Notes under the pieces: model-generated
What the model saw: the letters and a program-made list of their open reading frames with translations, nothing else
Databases searched by the model: none
Told to the model about the DNA's origin: nothing
DNA from: Chlorokybus atmophyticus
Taxonomy: Eukaryota > Plantae > Mesostigma and Chlorokybus algae
Assembly (NCBI GenBank): GCA_009103225.1
Contig: RHPI01000446.1
Coordinates: 87,038-151,037, forward strand
Direction: 5' to 3'
DNA length: 64,000 nt
Translations under genes and position numbers: made by a program
Shown: piece by piece, positions 24,123 to 37,613 of the stretch
Layout of the letters: each line of letters begins with the position of its first letter
Numbering within the stretch: the stretch's first letter is position 1

Positions 24123-27100
24123 TCAAACTGCTGTAGTTGACATAAACTTGCGCCGGTTCTCCACTCGTCGCTTGTTCTTCTTCTTATCCTTGTTCTCAAT
24201 GCCTTCCTTCCCATGCGCCATGGCCATGAAGCGTGCCCAGAGCGGGGCCGCAATCGTTGCGCCGCTGCCGGGCAAAGGCCTGTTGTCGTCGTGTCCTACC
24301 CACACAACGCATGACAGGTAAGGCGTGTAGCCAGCAAACCACGCATCACGGAAATCGTCGCTCGTGCCAGTTTTGCCTGCGGCTGTGCGGGACGCTGCAT
24401 TGTCACGCCAGCTGGCCACCGCAGCTTTGCCAGTTCCCTGCAAGAGTGGTGATAGTAAGGCTGAAGTCACAGCTGCGGTTAGCTGTCACAAAAGACTAAA
24501 ACAACATACCCGCTTGACGGCTTCCTTCAGCATGCTGTGAAGAATCTTGCAAGGTTCAGTTCGCACTGCGGTGTAGAAGGATGGTCGGTGCTTATATATT
24601 GTGTTGCCATGCCTGTCCTGTAGTTGCAATCAGAGTGTAAGCAGTTGCACCCAAAGTCAGTCACTTGCGATCACACGCCCCACAATGCAAAGCCAAGTGA
24701 TGACGACTGCAACTGTACCTTGATGCTGGTAACAAAGTGGGGCTTGGTGTATACACCTCCAGAAGCTATGGTGTTGTATGCGCAAGCAATCTCCATGGGC
24801 GTCACTTCGCATGCACCGAGCGCCAGCGACAGCGTTTCAGGCAGCTCTGATGTAACACCAAGTCTTCTGGCCATGGCAATCACCTGCCAGAGACCAAACC
24901 ATAAGCATCATGCACATTCTAAGCGGGCTGCTACTGCAGCTGTTACTCCATTGAGACCTTCATGCGCGTACTTACATTCGAGGGCCGAACCATAGATGCC
25001 AGCTTCACAGTGGGGATGTTGAGCGAAAACACCAGGGAGTCCTTCAGCGAGACTCGGCCCCGAAACGTCTGAGAGAAGTTTTGTGGCATATACTGATCAA
25101 TTGTGTCAAAAACAACGGGTTCATCGTCCAATTCTGTGATGCGGAACACACAATGAGTCAGTTACAAGATGCAAGGCGCTCTTTTATGGCGACCGACGAA
25201 TGCCTTGCAAGACTTAAAACTCACCTGTATCAGGCGTAGCAATGCCTAATGCAAGGGCAGCAAGATACACGAACGGTTTGAACGCACTGCCCGGTGAGCG
25301 CTGTGCAAGCACTGCTCTGTTGTACGGGCTGGAACTGTAGTCCCTGCCCCCAACCTGCAATGTTCACAGCATGTTGCGTTAAGGTACAACTCACAACGAT
25401 AGGTGTGATAGCTTTATGTTGGTATCTAGAGCTGGTGTCAGCAACTACACACCATGACACGAACTGCCCCTGTTGCCGGTTCCAGGGCTACCAGTGCTGC
25501 CTCTCCAGCAAAATTAGATCTGCTTCTGTCCTCAGCCAACAAACCTTCTGCATATTCCTGCAGCAGAAGTGCACAACGTCAAGCCCGTCACTCAAAATCA
25601 CACGTTTTTCCACTTGTCTCACCTGCAGCGACAAATCTACTGTCGTTTGGATCTTCAAGCCCCCGCCTGAACGCACGGCATCATCTCCACATAGATGCTT
25701 AAGCTGAGACCCAAACAATGCTCTTGTGACTGTTGTGTTCAGCACAAAGCGGCACAGTGAGTCAACCAAGCTTACCTGATACAGAACTTCGCCAACAAAA
25801 AAGGGAGCTCGATAGGGCGCAGCTCCAGGTGGAGCCATGAGCACGGAGCCGTGAGCTCGTGCTCCGGGGTTCATGGCTAGATTTAGAGACTCTGGCAAGC
25901 CCTGAGGCCAAAATGCAACCCGATGTAAAACCTCTTTGAGCCAATCAACCAGCAGCATGCGCACAAAAGACAATGTGCTTACTGCAAGGTCCTCGTTGTC
26001 GGCTTCTTTTTCTGTTATGTACCCGGATTGCACCATGCTTTGCAGCACACCATGTCTGGCCTGTAGTGCACCCTGCTCCAACAGTACATGTCATACACAT
26101 ACACAAGTTGCGCGCTACACACTAGTCAGCTAAGAAACAATACACAGAACTATCTCAAGTCCAGTATACGCATGGGTGAGCAGTTGACAAACATCATTCC
26201 CATCTGCAAAACCATGTATGATTGTTTGCACGCAGGTGCATGCTTGCAAATGAACCTCAAAAACTTGCACAACTGACCTGCGGGTTTCTGAAAGGCGACA
26301 GCAGCTCTGGTGCGGGCAACAAGCCTGCAAGCATAGCTGATTCACCAAGAGTGAGCTGCGACGGCTTCTTCTTGAAGTACCCCGAGGCTGCTCCAGCTAT
26401 CCCCGTGATCCCGTGTCCCCAATACACATTATTCAGGTACATCTCCAGAATCTACATAAATGACTGCGCTAACAGATGTTCCAAGTGTGGTGACAGTCGT
26501 GACACAAAGCACAAGTTGCTTTGTGACTCATGCCAGTATCAGAAAGCATTGCGAGCATGCACAAGAGTGGATATATATACAAAGGTGTGACAGAATACTA
26601 CTGACCTGCGGCTTTTTCATACGCTGCTCTAGTCCAATGGCAAGGACGACCTCAACAAGCTTGCGAGATATTGTGCGATCATGACTCAACAGCATGTTCT
26701 TCACCAGCTGCTGAGTGACCGTCGAGCCTCCACCCTGCACTGCAACGCATTTGGCCCAACACCACAAGCAGGTTTTCTGACTCCGACGGATAAAACCCAA
26801 ATTTTACCTGGCGACCTGCGCTGATGACTGCTCGTGCCAAGCCTCTAATGTCAACACCTTTGTGCGACCAGAATCTCCTGTCCTCACTCGCAACAATTGC
26901 TTGCCAGATGCTGTCCGCACAATCTGTAATAGCAACCTGAAAAGCAGTTTCCAAGGTCATCGCACAAATGTTACATACGCAACACTTAGTTGTTGGGCAG
27001 CACCTCCACAGTGATGCACGCACTCACAGTCACAACACTTGCAACAAGTCGTGATAGTGCATACATATTGTGAGGTAATGGTGGCCACCACTTCGCCCTT

Positions 27101-28076
27101 GCAGTCATAAATGATGGTGGGTTCTGCGCCTGGTGGCTCAGGCGGCAGACCATTCGGCCTATCTCCCAGAAGCTCCTTCCATCTCTTCACCATGCCCGGT
27201 TTCACACTGCTGCTGAACTTCAGTGCGTCACGCACAGCCAGTGATGCAGCTGCTGCAAACCCAGCTAACGCATACGTCTTCGGGTCTAACAAAACCCTGC
27301 CACAGATGCATGCAGTGAGATATGCACTGTTCAATCCTCAAGTGGTAGTTATGTGAGCCACCCTGTATGCATAACTCATGCTGTGCACAGTCAACATTAC
27401 AGTGACATGCACATGTACATACCTTCTTAGCCTTGGTGCTGCTGCCTCCAAGACCGCGCGTGTTTGCGTGCGTCGTTGGCTACGGTGCGTAACAAGCACA
27501 GCCGATGACGAAGTGCAGCACTCAGAATGGGACAACAGCGAGCGTTCACGTCGCTCACCCACTTCAGAAAGCGCAACTGCTGCTTCCGACAAACTGATAG
27601 TACTAGTCTGGGCACTGATAAGACAGTCCGCACTGGGCAAAGAGCCTGTCAACCATGCCAAGCGCCCAGCCCCCTTTGATGTGGATGTTAATGCCATTGG
27701 CATGGCCGGCTAGCAGCAAGCTAATCAGCTGACCAGCTAGCTCCCTGTCTTATTGCCTGTTCTGTCCAGCTGCCATCTTGTCCTCTGGCCTCACCAGGTT
27801 CTCTTTGTTTCCATCAGCGGCACTGTTGCTCGGAGAGCGCTGCGCTTGTGAGGAGGAAGCCAGGCTCTCTATGACCTCGGAGAAGTTGGGGTCAAGGCTG
27901 CAGACGTAGTCCGCATGCACGATGGAGTTGCGTCTCAATCGTTGACTGACCTGCACTTGTGCATGCAAGAAGCGTCAGCAAGCATCTTAATCAAGTAACC
28001 ATGCTTGCATCCCCAACAACCAAACCACACTTGCCTGCAACACTCCACAAGGCTCCGCTTGCTGCCTGTCCGACAT
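24123..28076 (-). CDS. PBP: Bifunctional class A penicillin-binding protein (transglycosylase-transpeptidase), probably plastid-targeted
   Basis: GT51 motifs [25 protein letters not shown] and [10 protein letters not shown]; transpeptidase SxxK (PGSAFKP, 25277-25288), SxN (SLN, 25018-25026) and KTG (24366-24374). There are many introns. A hydrophobic segment and a long N-terminal extension precede the catalytic domains; the 5' exons are tentative. Confidence 0.93.
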
Positions 28077-28643
28077 GAGTCCACGAGACGAAGCGCTCAA
28101 CAGCAACAACAAGAAAAATAATCCATGCACATCCCACGACACGCCAGCTTCACCACCTCGCCCACGCCGCCAACGACAGCGCCAACACTACCGCCGCCGC
28201 CGCCGCAACTGCTTGCCGAAATCCCGCCCAAATCTAAATTTGATTCACTGCTTCAGTGGCTGAGTGAATCAGTGCGATCACACTTCCTTGCTGGCGCAAT
28301 GAACTAATCAGTGAGCTGATCAGTGAACTACTTTGCACACTCGCTGCTTGGCGCCAAACAGCAGCATTGGCGGTGTGGCCAGCGGCGGCGGCATTGCTGT
28401 GGGCGGCGGTAGGGGCGGCGGCTGGGAGATCTGTTGTCCGGTCGGTGACCGATGGTGAGAGGAGGCATGAGAAGTGCTTGATTGCTGGTCAGAGCGGCTG
28501 TTGTAGGAGGGGTCAGCTGTGCTGGGACCAGCAGCAGCTGCTGCTGCCGTTGGTTGCGGCAAGGGCGCCTCGTGGGTGGTTGCTTGCAACTTAGTGGGTG
28601 AAGCATGATGGTATGATGCTGTTTTGGGCATGCGGGGCTGTTC

Positions 28644-31600
28644 ATGTGGCCAGTTCAAGGCGGCGGCGGCAGCAGCAGCAGCCGGCGTCCTGGGCAGCAG
28701 GGCCGTCCAGCTGCTGCTTCTGCTGCGCATTCCGTCATCGCTGCGTCGCTGTCGCACCTCAGGATACTGCTGGTATGCACTGTCATGCTCGCTGGCCTGA
28801 TCTTGGGCTACTACATCCGCCTGCACGTTGAGCTCCGTGTCGGCGTCTCCTCTGCCTCTGGAGGAAGGGTCCCTGGGCACTTCTCCCCTGGTGACAGTGA
28901 TGACGACACCATCCCCTCAGACTCTTGGCTGCTCTCGGAACCAGATCATCGCAAGAAAGGAAGCAGGTAAATTTCAACAGTTGTGAGCGGCTGCCAGTAT
29001 GTGCGCAAGGATCCAAGCACAGCCGCTCATATGGATAGTATTTAGGCCACACAAGAACGCACGAGGACAACCTGGTTGTTGCATGCTGATTGTGGCAGGC
29101 TGAAGCATGCCACATGGTACACATTTCTTGCTTAAGCGAACGGTATTTGCCAATTATGCACAATCAATGGTCACAACGAGTTGTTGCGAAGCTAGGTCCA
29201 TTAAAGTCGTGCTTACTGTGTGGCTATGCCTGCCCTTGCAAAGCCGCACGCTGCATTTGTATATCAATGTAGCAATGCAGCAGAGTCACGTATGGCAAGT
29301 TTGTGCAGCTCATTACTCCACCAGCCGCTGCAATTCATCAGCTTATTGGCTGTCACAGTGTGCCTGTTGAGGACTGCTGATACCGCTGGCCGCTGATACC
29401 TTGTCTTGCAAAGGAGCAAAGCAGGTGATGGGACCGACATTCCAGCAAACGCAAGCAAGCAGTCAGGCCTGCGGCAGCTGCAATACACGAAATCGGGTTT
29501 GATAGTGCCACCGCATTTGGCTGACATCCTGGCAAGGAAAGAGGTGCTCCCATCTCGAAACAAGGAGCCTTCAGACATTGCGCAGCTGTCCTTGGAGCAG
29601 CGTGCAACATCACCGTCGATGTGCGGCAACTGGCAGGTTCTCATATTGCTCAACTGCAGCAGGCATAGGTCATCGTGAGATGTTACTTACAAGACGCTTT
29701 GTCACAGCACAAGTATGCCAGGTGGCATAAAAGGGCCATGGCAAGCTTGTCGAACCCAAAAGCTGCAGCAAAGACACGATTTGTGGTGTTTCGCTGCCGC
29801 CAGGTTGGTGAAGTGAACGAGCAATGCGGTGGCCTCGCGGACCGTTTCACAGGAATGGTATTTGGCATTTTGATAGCCAGTGCAGCTGCCAACACTGCTG
29901 CTTAGTCAACATCAGCTGACGTTTTATTTTGTTCATGCAGGTGTCTGCATTTCTTTTTGCGCTGCTGACTGACCGAGTGTTCCTGATAGACTGGCCAGGC
30001 TATGAAAACGCCTTCAACTCTCCCTATGCCAATCTTACATACGTACCTGAGATCCTTGGACAACCTTCGCGTGACAAGCTGTTGCCTGTCATGCCGTGGG
30101 TACGTGCGTGCACATCATGTTGTTGAACACCACAACACTTCACAACAAGCAAGGTTAGTTCAATCAACCTTTTGATTGCAGGTGCCATTGCATCCGCGCT
30201 GGGGTGTAAATGTGACGGGCCTGCTGAACGGGGATGTTGGCATGTACAACTGGCATGATTGCGAGGTTCGACGGCGTTTTGACAATTGCGGTGGAGCCTT
30301 TGCAGGGCATCTGGGTCATCTCAACAGCTACTTTCAGGAAAAGGTCAGCCTGATCTACATGGCGTGCGTGCAGATTGTGTCGACCGCTGCAGCGCAGTGC
30401 ACACCTTCCTCGCACAGATGCTTTCAAGCTGCTTGCCATCACGCTGGTCACATGCACAGTGATGGTTGTTTGTTGTTAGTTAGCAAGCATTCACACGCAC
30501 ACGGGTGGCAAGGTCGTTGAGGTGTCCTCGCACAAATTCTTCACCTGTTAGGTGGTGGTCATCAACTTCAACCGAGGCGTTGTAAGCATGGCTTTTCGAG
30601 AAACTGGACCTCAGATGCGGCTGCAAGCAATGGGACTGCATCCTGACACCGCCTTTGGTTGCCTGCTTCATTTCATCATGCGGTAAGCTCGATAGTCGTG
30701 TCATGGCTATCCATAACAGGCGGGACTGCCAAGGTAGCTAGCAATAACTCCTCCATCTGCCAACAGGCCAAGCAGTACCGTGCACAGCTTGTTTGCGCGC
30801 TACAGTCAGGTGCTGGATGACCCGACAGTGTTCAGTGTGGGCATTCACATTCGCACGGGGGACAGCTCCTTCCAGAAGAACGCCAATCTTACTGTCCTTG
30901 ACCATGACGAGTATGGCACGCAGTTTCAGGAGTACTTTGAGACCGCTCAGGTGGGCTCTGTGTATGTGTACAGAAGGCTTCAAGGCATAGAGCAACGTGT
31001 GTGCGTGTAAGCGCGTGTGCATATGCGTGTGTATCTTCCATGATACACACAGCACTTCACATACCCTATACACGGATGGGAATGAAATGGGTTTACGCTG
31101 GTCCTGTCCTGGTGTGCTGCGCTCATGGTTGTTATTGTGTCAGGTGCTTGCGGACTACCATGCGCAGCCTGGACAGCGGGTCGTATGGTATGTCATGAGC
31201 GACAACAAAGCACTGAAGGATGACGCACGCAGACGCTACACATCCAGGATGCTGACAACAGACATTGAAGCAGCGCACATTGACAGAGAGATTTGGGAGA
31301 AGGCTGCCAGGGAGGGGAAAAAGAAGGATCCCAATCGGTCCTTACAGGTGCAGTAACATACACAGCATGCGGGCTTCGCATTGTTGGTGTGTTGAGTGAC
31401 AGTCACACTGTCAAGTATGCGCAGCTGCCTGGTTAAGACTTGGCATGCACTGGTCTTGTGTTGTCGTGATCAGAATAGTCTTTTGATATGTGCTGATCAT
31501 TGACTTGCTGTTCATTGACTAATCATGGGTAAGCAGGAGTCGCTTGGGGAGTGGTGGCTGTTGAGCAAATGCAAGTACTTTGTGCTGAAGAGGACAAGCG

Positions 31601-31719
31601 GGTTCTCGCGCACCGCGTTGGCATACTCGCTGCGGCCAGAGGTTGCGGCCTATCCTGGCACAGGGCCGTTCTACTTCATGCGGACTATCGAGCTCGCCGA
31701 ACTAGGTGCCGGTTTGTAA
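28644..31719 (+). CDS. Type II membrane fucosyltransferase (GT37 xyloglucan-FUT-like; alpha-1,2/1,6 FucT superfamily)
   Basis: N-terminal TM LRILLVCTVMLAGLILGYYI; CGGLADRFTGM-VSAFLFALLTDRVFLIDW; VGIHIRTGD; WYVMSDN; EWWLLSKC...SGFSRTA. Confidence 0.85.
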
Positions 31720-32548
31720 ATATGTTTTGTTAGGTTGTTGGGTGCTTGCGTTGTCGGGTTGTGTTCTGTGACACTGTGCGCTGTTGCATACAAGTAGTGG
31801 TTACTTAGAGCCCGTTGCTACCTGTTTTTTTTGAACTGACACCGGTTGAGCTGTATAAACCACTCAGTAGTGGCATAGCTTGCAGCAGTTTGTACATGTA
31901 CACGGGTGTCTGCACAGACATGCATGTGTTCTTGTTTGTGGCCAGCGCACTGGTGTTCAGGTGCACTGCAAGGGTGATACATCGCATGTTGACGCACATA
32001 GGGTTTAGCAATGAAAGGACAAGCAGACGATAGCAGCAGCAATCAAGTAGGAAACCAGCAGCACAAAGCACATACAAATACATTACACACACGCACAAGT
32101 GAACGCAGACACACGTATCTCACGCCTCCACAATACATGCATTGCGTGACGCAATACACTGCGCGATCACTTGTAGACACACGCACGTGAAAGCACACAC
32201 ATGCAGCAATGCCACAGTGGCATCACATCGGTGAAGAAAACTCCAAGCATAGGTTAACAACGAGGAAGAATACATGCGCACACAATCAGTGTTAGCGTCA
32301 GCATTTATGGATACCAATAAGCATGTGTGGCTGAGTACCCAGCACACACTTTATCTTTTCCTTCTCATTACACTCTACACTCATGGCTACCAAACAGCTG
32401 TGCGTATGCAACGCATCTCACACTTCAATTGCAAAATCAACTACAAGGACACACCACACACGCGCATGCATGCACGCCACTGCATCAGACTCGACCACGC
32501 ACGAACATTCAACACTCCGCATCTCAACCGGCGGCAGCGGCGGCGGCG

Positions 32549-33614
32549 ATGGAGAGCGCTCACCCCGTCAAACAGGAAGACGTTGACCCCGCCCCTGCCC
32601 CTGCCCCGGCGGAGGAGGCGGTGGCAATGGAGGATGATCAGGTCAAGGAGGAGACAAATGAGGAGCCGTCATATGCCTCAGCGCCCGCCGCCTCCAAGCC
32701 GCAAAAGAGGAAGCGGAAGGGAAGGAGGAGAGGAGGCGGGGATGAAGAGGGGAGCGCAGGGGGGCGGGAGAGGTTCTTGCTTGAGCTGGAGTTTGTGCAG
32801 TCTTTGGCCAACCCAAACTACGTTCACTGTAAGCATTGAGAGAAAGCACATGATAACGCGCTACGAATACTACACTTGTCAATCTGTTGTTATCGTCTTG
32901 GACACAAATCCAGTGCAGTGTCTCCCTTTGGATTTAATGAGAATATAAGCAGTGACGTTAAAGTTTTCAAGGCTGTCTATTGTGCTGTGTGGTTGCTTGG
33001 GTTTCTGGTGCGCTGTTATTTTATTGGCAACAAGAGACTGAAGCAAACATTTTACCAGCAGTGTATGGAGTCTGTAACCACAACAACAGCAATAACAACG
33101 ACGCTAACTGCTATGTGTATGTGACTGCAGATTTGGCGCAGCACAGGTACTTTGACAACCCCACATTTGTCAAGTACCTCAAGTATCTGCGGTACTGGAA
33201 ACGCCCAGAGTACTCCAGATTCTTAGTGTAAGCTTTTACCATGCATGTGCATGGTCGTTATTTTACTCGCTCGCTACCATACCGCATTGCAGTGATGTCA
33301 AGGTTTTACTTGGCATGCTCAAATTAGAGAGGTAAACAACATGTGTGCGCAGCTTCCCCCACTCTTTGTACTTCCTGGACTTACTACAAACCGAAGCGTT
33401 CCGCACCGCAATGGCGTACCCACACAACAAGGTGATTGCTACGACACGCACAAGTCTTCTTTTTTATGTAACTTGACAGTGATACTTGTGTACCTTGCAG
33501 GAGTTTGTACACAAGCAGCAGTTTTATTTCTGGCAGCACTACCGAGCTAATCGCATGAAGGCGCTGCGACCGCCAGAAGAGCAGACAGCCGCCACAGCGA
33601 GCACTGTCCAATGA
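32549..33614 (+). CDS. MED31: Mediator subunit 31 (SOH1)
   Basis: RERFLLELEFVQSLANPNYVH-YLAQHRYFDNPTFVKYLKYLRYWKRPEYSRFL-FPHSLYFLDLLQTEAFR; four exons; stop at 33612-33614. Confidence 0.96.
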
Positions 33615-34551
33615 CGATGTTGTTGATGATGGAAATGGCATGTACTATAATGTGCACAACAAATATTCTTGCACAATAAAAGGCACATTGTCTTTTGAAG
33701 GTGCACTTGCTTCATGCTGTGTGTGAAGACAGCGCCGGTTGTGACTGAGGCTGATGCTGTACTGGCCGCAGCAGCCTTGTTGCAAGCTCATTAGCACATG
33801 GCACAGTTATGTAGTCTATGACTAGCACACAAGGGTGTGAACAATGCGTAATGCAATGCGCACACGCATGGACAGCACACAAGCTTAACGACTGTGAGGC
33901 ATTGAGTGCATGCTGCTATTGCTTGAAACTTCTGTACAACATACTGCCCATTCTTGCATGTGATGCGAAATCCCCTTTGCATCTCTTGTATACAAAAACA
34001 CAAGGACACATAATTGCACCACAGGGCTAACCAACCCTGGTTGGGTCTAGCTACTATTTCACTACTTAGACCACTACCACTACACCATCCCGTCAGTCAG
34101 TCATGCATCCATTGCAGCAATTGTCCGTGCCATCATATGGTTACGAGCGTGTGTACAGCATGCTGCATGCCCTGCACATGGACAGTGCGCGACAACACAA
34201 AGCCCTTGCAACCTCCATTCCATCTAGCAGAGCGCCGTGCACACTCATGGCGGGATAGTGCTTGTCTTGGTTATGCATGCCTTGGGTGTGTCTAACCTAC
34301 GGGTTGTGCCAACCGCGTGTGCGCGAATGCATGCCAGTGTGATACACCACTCCTGTTGTTTTTGCCTACACGGCCAAACGTTCCTGATTCATATGGACTA
34401 CCTGCACATGCATATTATGTACAGTCTTATACAGTCAAAGCTACACACTATACACGGCCCTGTAATAGAGTCACTAGCGGGAATGTACATACACACAACA
34501 CTGATATACACGGCTGATAAGCACGTACCCTTTCGTGCACCCATGCGCGCA

Positions 34552-37202
34552 TCACAGCCGGCAGAAGGTCAGGAGGATGCGCCTCCACGAAACGGTGACG
34601 ATCCTCACGATGATTGCTTCCATCAGCGGCATATCATGGTAAGGAGGAGGTGAAGGTGTCCATGATGAAGCTTCTGATGATGCTTGAGGGCGCCAGCCAA
34701 CGAGCCACGCGTCGCCGAGACAACCTGTCCTCAATAGAGCCGGCGAGCGCAGCGCAAATGGCGCGGAGAAGTACGCGCGGAACGTCGCGTGAAGCAGCCC
34801 GCGCAGGCTGTTGCGCTGCGGGAAACTCCTGCGTGTGAACAAGGAAGACCCAACATGCATGTTGTCACGACTTGTACACGAGCAGCAACTAGTACAGGTC
34901 ATGGCTTGGAACATGGTACACAGAGTTTGTTGTACCTGCGGCGAAGATGGCAGTACGTGTCCAGCACCAATAGGGAGTTACGTGCGATGAGGTTGATCAA
35001 GAGGGCGTTGCGAATCACTGAAGCGGCGCCTCGCAACCTGTGCAGCTGCTGCCACCGACGCATGCGGCGCTCACGCTTGGCCACCGTCCTTGCCTATGCG
35101 AGCACAAGCGCGAGCAAGTCAACACCAATTCTTCAACTTGCACATGAACACTACACCGAGAAAAACGAATTGGACTTTACAAGTTGCACGCAACATTGAA
35201 GCTCGTCATCACGTCAATGTGTTACCTGCATCAAGTAGCGGCCGTATGCAGCACGAACACACTGCCGCGGTGGCACTCCAATGAGCCTGCGCTTGCAACG
35301 ATCACGAGGTGAGGCGAGCAACACATGCACAGCACAGCGCAATATGACACCACGTGAAAGACTCACCTCGGTATCCACAACACGCGCAGGGAATATGTGG
35401 TGGCTGAGCCTTCAGGTGCTCTAGGCGGCCACCTCACCTGCGCAGCATTCTGTGACCAACAGTTGCAGGGGGTTTGCGCTTAGAGCCACTTGAAGCAAAT
35501 CGCAAGGGGGGATTCAGGAAACACCACTAAGTAGGCAAAACTGCTATGCCATGGAATTACATGCTCTTGGCAGGACATCCAAGCAGCAACACTCACAACA
35601 ACTTGGTTGTCCGGCTCCTCTGCAATGGAACAGATCAAGTCGTTCATCAACAACTGGCGCACCCACAGTGCAGGCGTGTCTGCAATCTCCCGACAGTCCT
35701 GCAAGCAGCAGTTGAACCAGATATGAAGTGTCGGTTTGCAGACTAATTGCTTACATCACAGGACAAAATAATGGTGTGTACTCACTTGGCCACATAGCCG
35801 CACAAGACTTGCCAAACAACGATGCATGTTGCGCTGTACCTTGGAGACTGCAGAGAATGCGGCGAGCTCTCGAGCATCCAGTTTGGCGAGAACTTTGAGC
35901 AAAACATCGGGAGGGAGATGTGGCAACGCGTTTGAGCTATGTTGTTGCAACAACGCGTACTCTTGACGGCTGACCAACACCTGATTGACAATCTCACTGC
36001 CACTCCAGCAGCCGCTATGATCAACTACCTGATGGAAGTTGAGCGCATGTCTAACGGAGTTTACATAAGGGACAACATGCGAGCTGCAAAGGGTAAGAAG
36101 GTGCTGTACCTGAATGGGCTGCTCCTCCGTGAACTGCGCTTCGTCAGCCACAACTACTGTGAATGTGTGGTCCTCTACACCTGGAGCAAAGCCAAGGAGG
36201 CACTTTTCTCCTGAGCTCACTGCATGTGGGGCCTGTGATACCAACATGATGTAAAGCATTTATACATACATGCAAGCAAACTCACACACGCATGTATGCA
36301 CGCACATGCATGCACATACGCAGCTGTCACAGTATGGCGTGCATGTAACCGTCCTGCAACACGACTCCTACCGCATAGCTTGGTGTAGATATCCTCCGTG
36401 TCTTGTTAACAACCTTGCGCAGAAACTGGCATGCCAGCTGCAGTAAACAGCTGCTGGCTCTAAACACATGCTTTGAAACCTGCGGAGCAAGCCTTGATCT
36501 GTGGTTTGTCATCAACGTCATATAACAACTTGTTGTGCGATCTGCAACGTGTTACAAGCCCACAAGTGGTTGACTGCGAGAAAAGCGTGCATAGCGCAAC
36601 AGCCAAGGTCAGTTATACGCGCAGATATACTATATGCCACAACCCTTGAAGAGGAATTGTGCAGAAGGACTCATTGCTGCATGGCCAAGTCACACATGTA
36701 AAGTAAAGATACTTACCGCCAACACGCAGCCACCAGTAAAGTATTGCTGGATCGCCCGCAGCCAAATCCTCCCAGCATGACTGATGACGGCACTGGCGGC
36801 TGCCTTGACACTCTAATTAAACCACACAACCACACAATTGAGGTCAGTCTCGATTGACAGAGCAACGAAAACGCCAGGCCAAGCAGAAAATTGTTCTACC
36901 AGTGGACCAGTATGATGCTGCAGTAGACTAAGCCAAGTCTGCTCCGAGTCGACCAGCGTCAGAAAGGGGACAACAGGAAGACGGAGAAACTCCCCAATGC
37001 GGGAAGAAACGAGCACTAAGGCCAGGCTGGCAAGCGGCCGGACCACAGACGGCGGAGCAATTGCGGGCGGCAGCCTCGAAGCAGCATTGCCCCAACTAGT
37101 CCTGCTCGCAGCAGCAGAGTCCCTCGCCCGGCGCACCACAGCCCTGCTGTGCCTGCGCCCTGTACTGAACCTCCCCTCGGCAGCCGCCCTCCTCGCCGAC
37201 AT
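34552..37202 (-). CDS. F-box protein
   Basis: F-box LPHLPPDVLLKVLAKLDARELAAFSAVSK-DCREIADTPALW near 35950-35650, with flanking exons. The 5' end and exon chain are uncertain. Confidence 0.6.
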
Positions 37203-37613
37203 GGCCCACGCCGCCCTCACCGTCCACGCCAGCAACAAGCAGGCAGGTTCACAACATAGTATATCTATCTGTCGGCGGACCTTAACCACCTTCACCGACA
37301 GTCACCGCAGCAGCAGCAACTTAAACTGTCGATGCATGACCAACTCCAGCATGCGCATACGCCGATGCTTGCAGTCCTGTGCGCTGATAGCTTTGACGTC
37401 AGCATGCCTGTTACTGCTGGCGTGGCTGTGCGGCTTGTCCACGTGGACGGCGGCGTCCGCGGCGGAGGTCTCGACATCAGACAGGCTATTGCTGGTTATA
37501 GGTGGTTGCGGATCGCACTCATTGTGGATGGGTCCTAGCTCGAAGCTAAGCGCGTGACGCAGGCGTCCATTGGCCAGGGGGCAAAGGTGGGCGTTTGGGT
37601 GAAAGGATCGCCC

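Noticed and set aside
24123-28076. PBP as bacterial contamination
   Set aside because: The gene is interrupted by spliceosomal introns of the same style as its neighbours.
28320-28880. 186-aa minus-strand ORF
   Set aside because: It is low-complexity antisense to the fucosyltransferase first exon, which carries the TM anchor on the plus strand.
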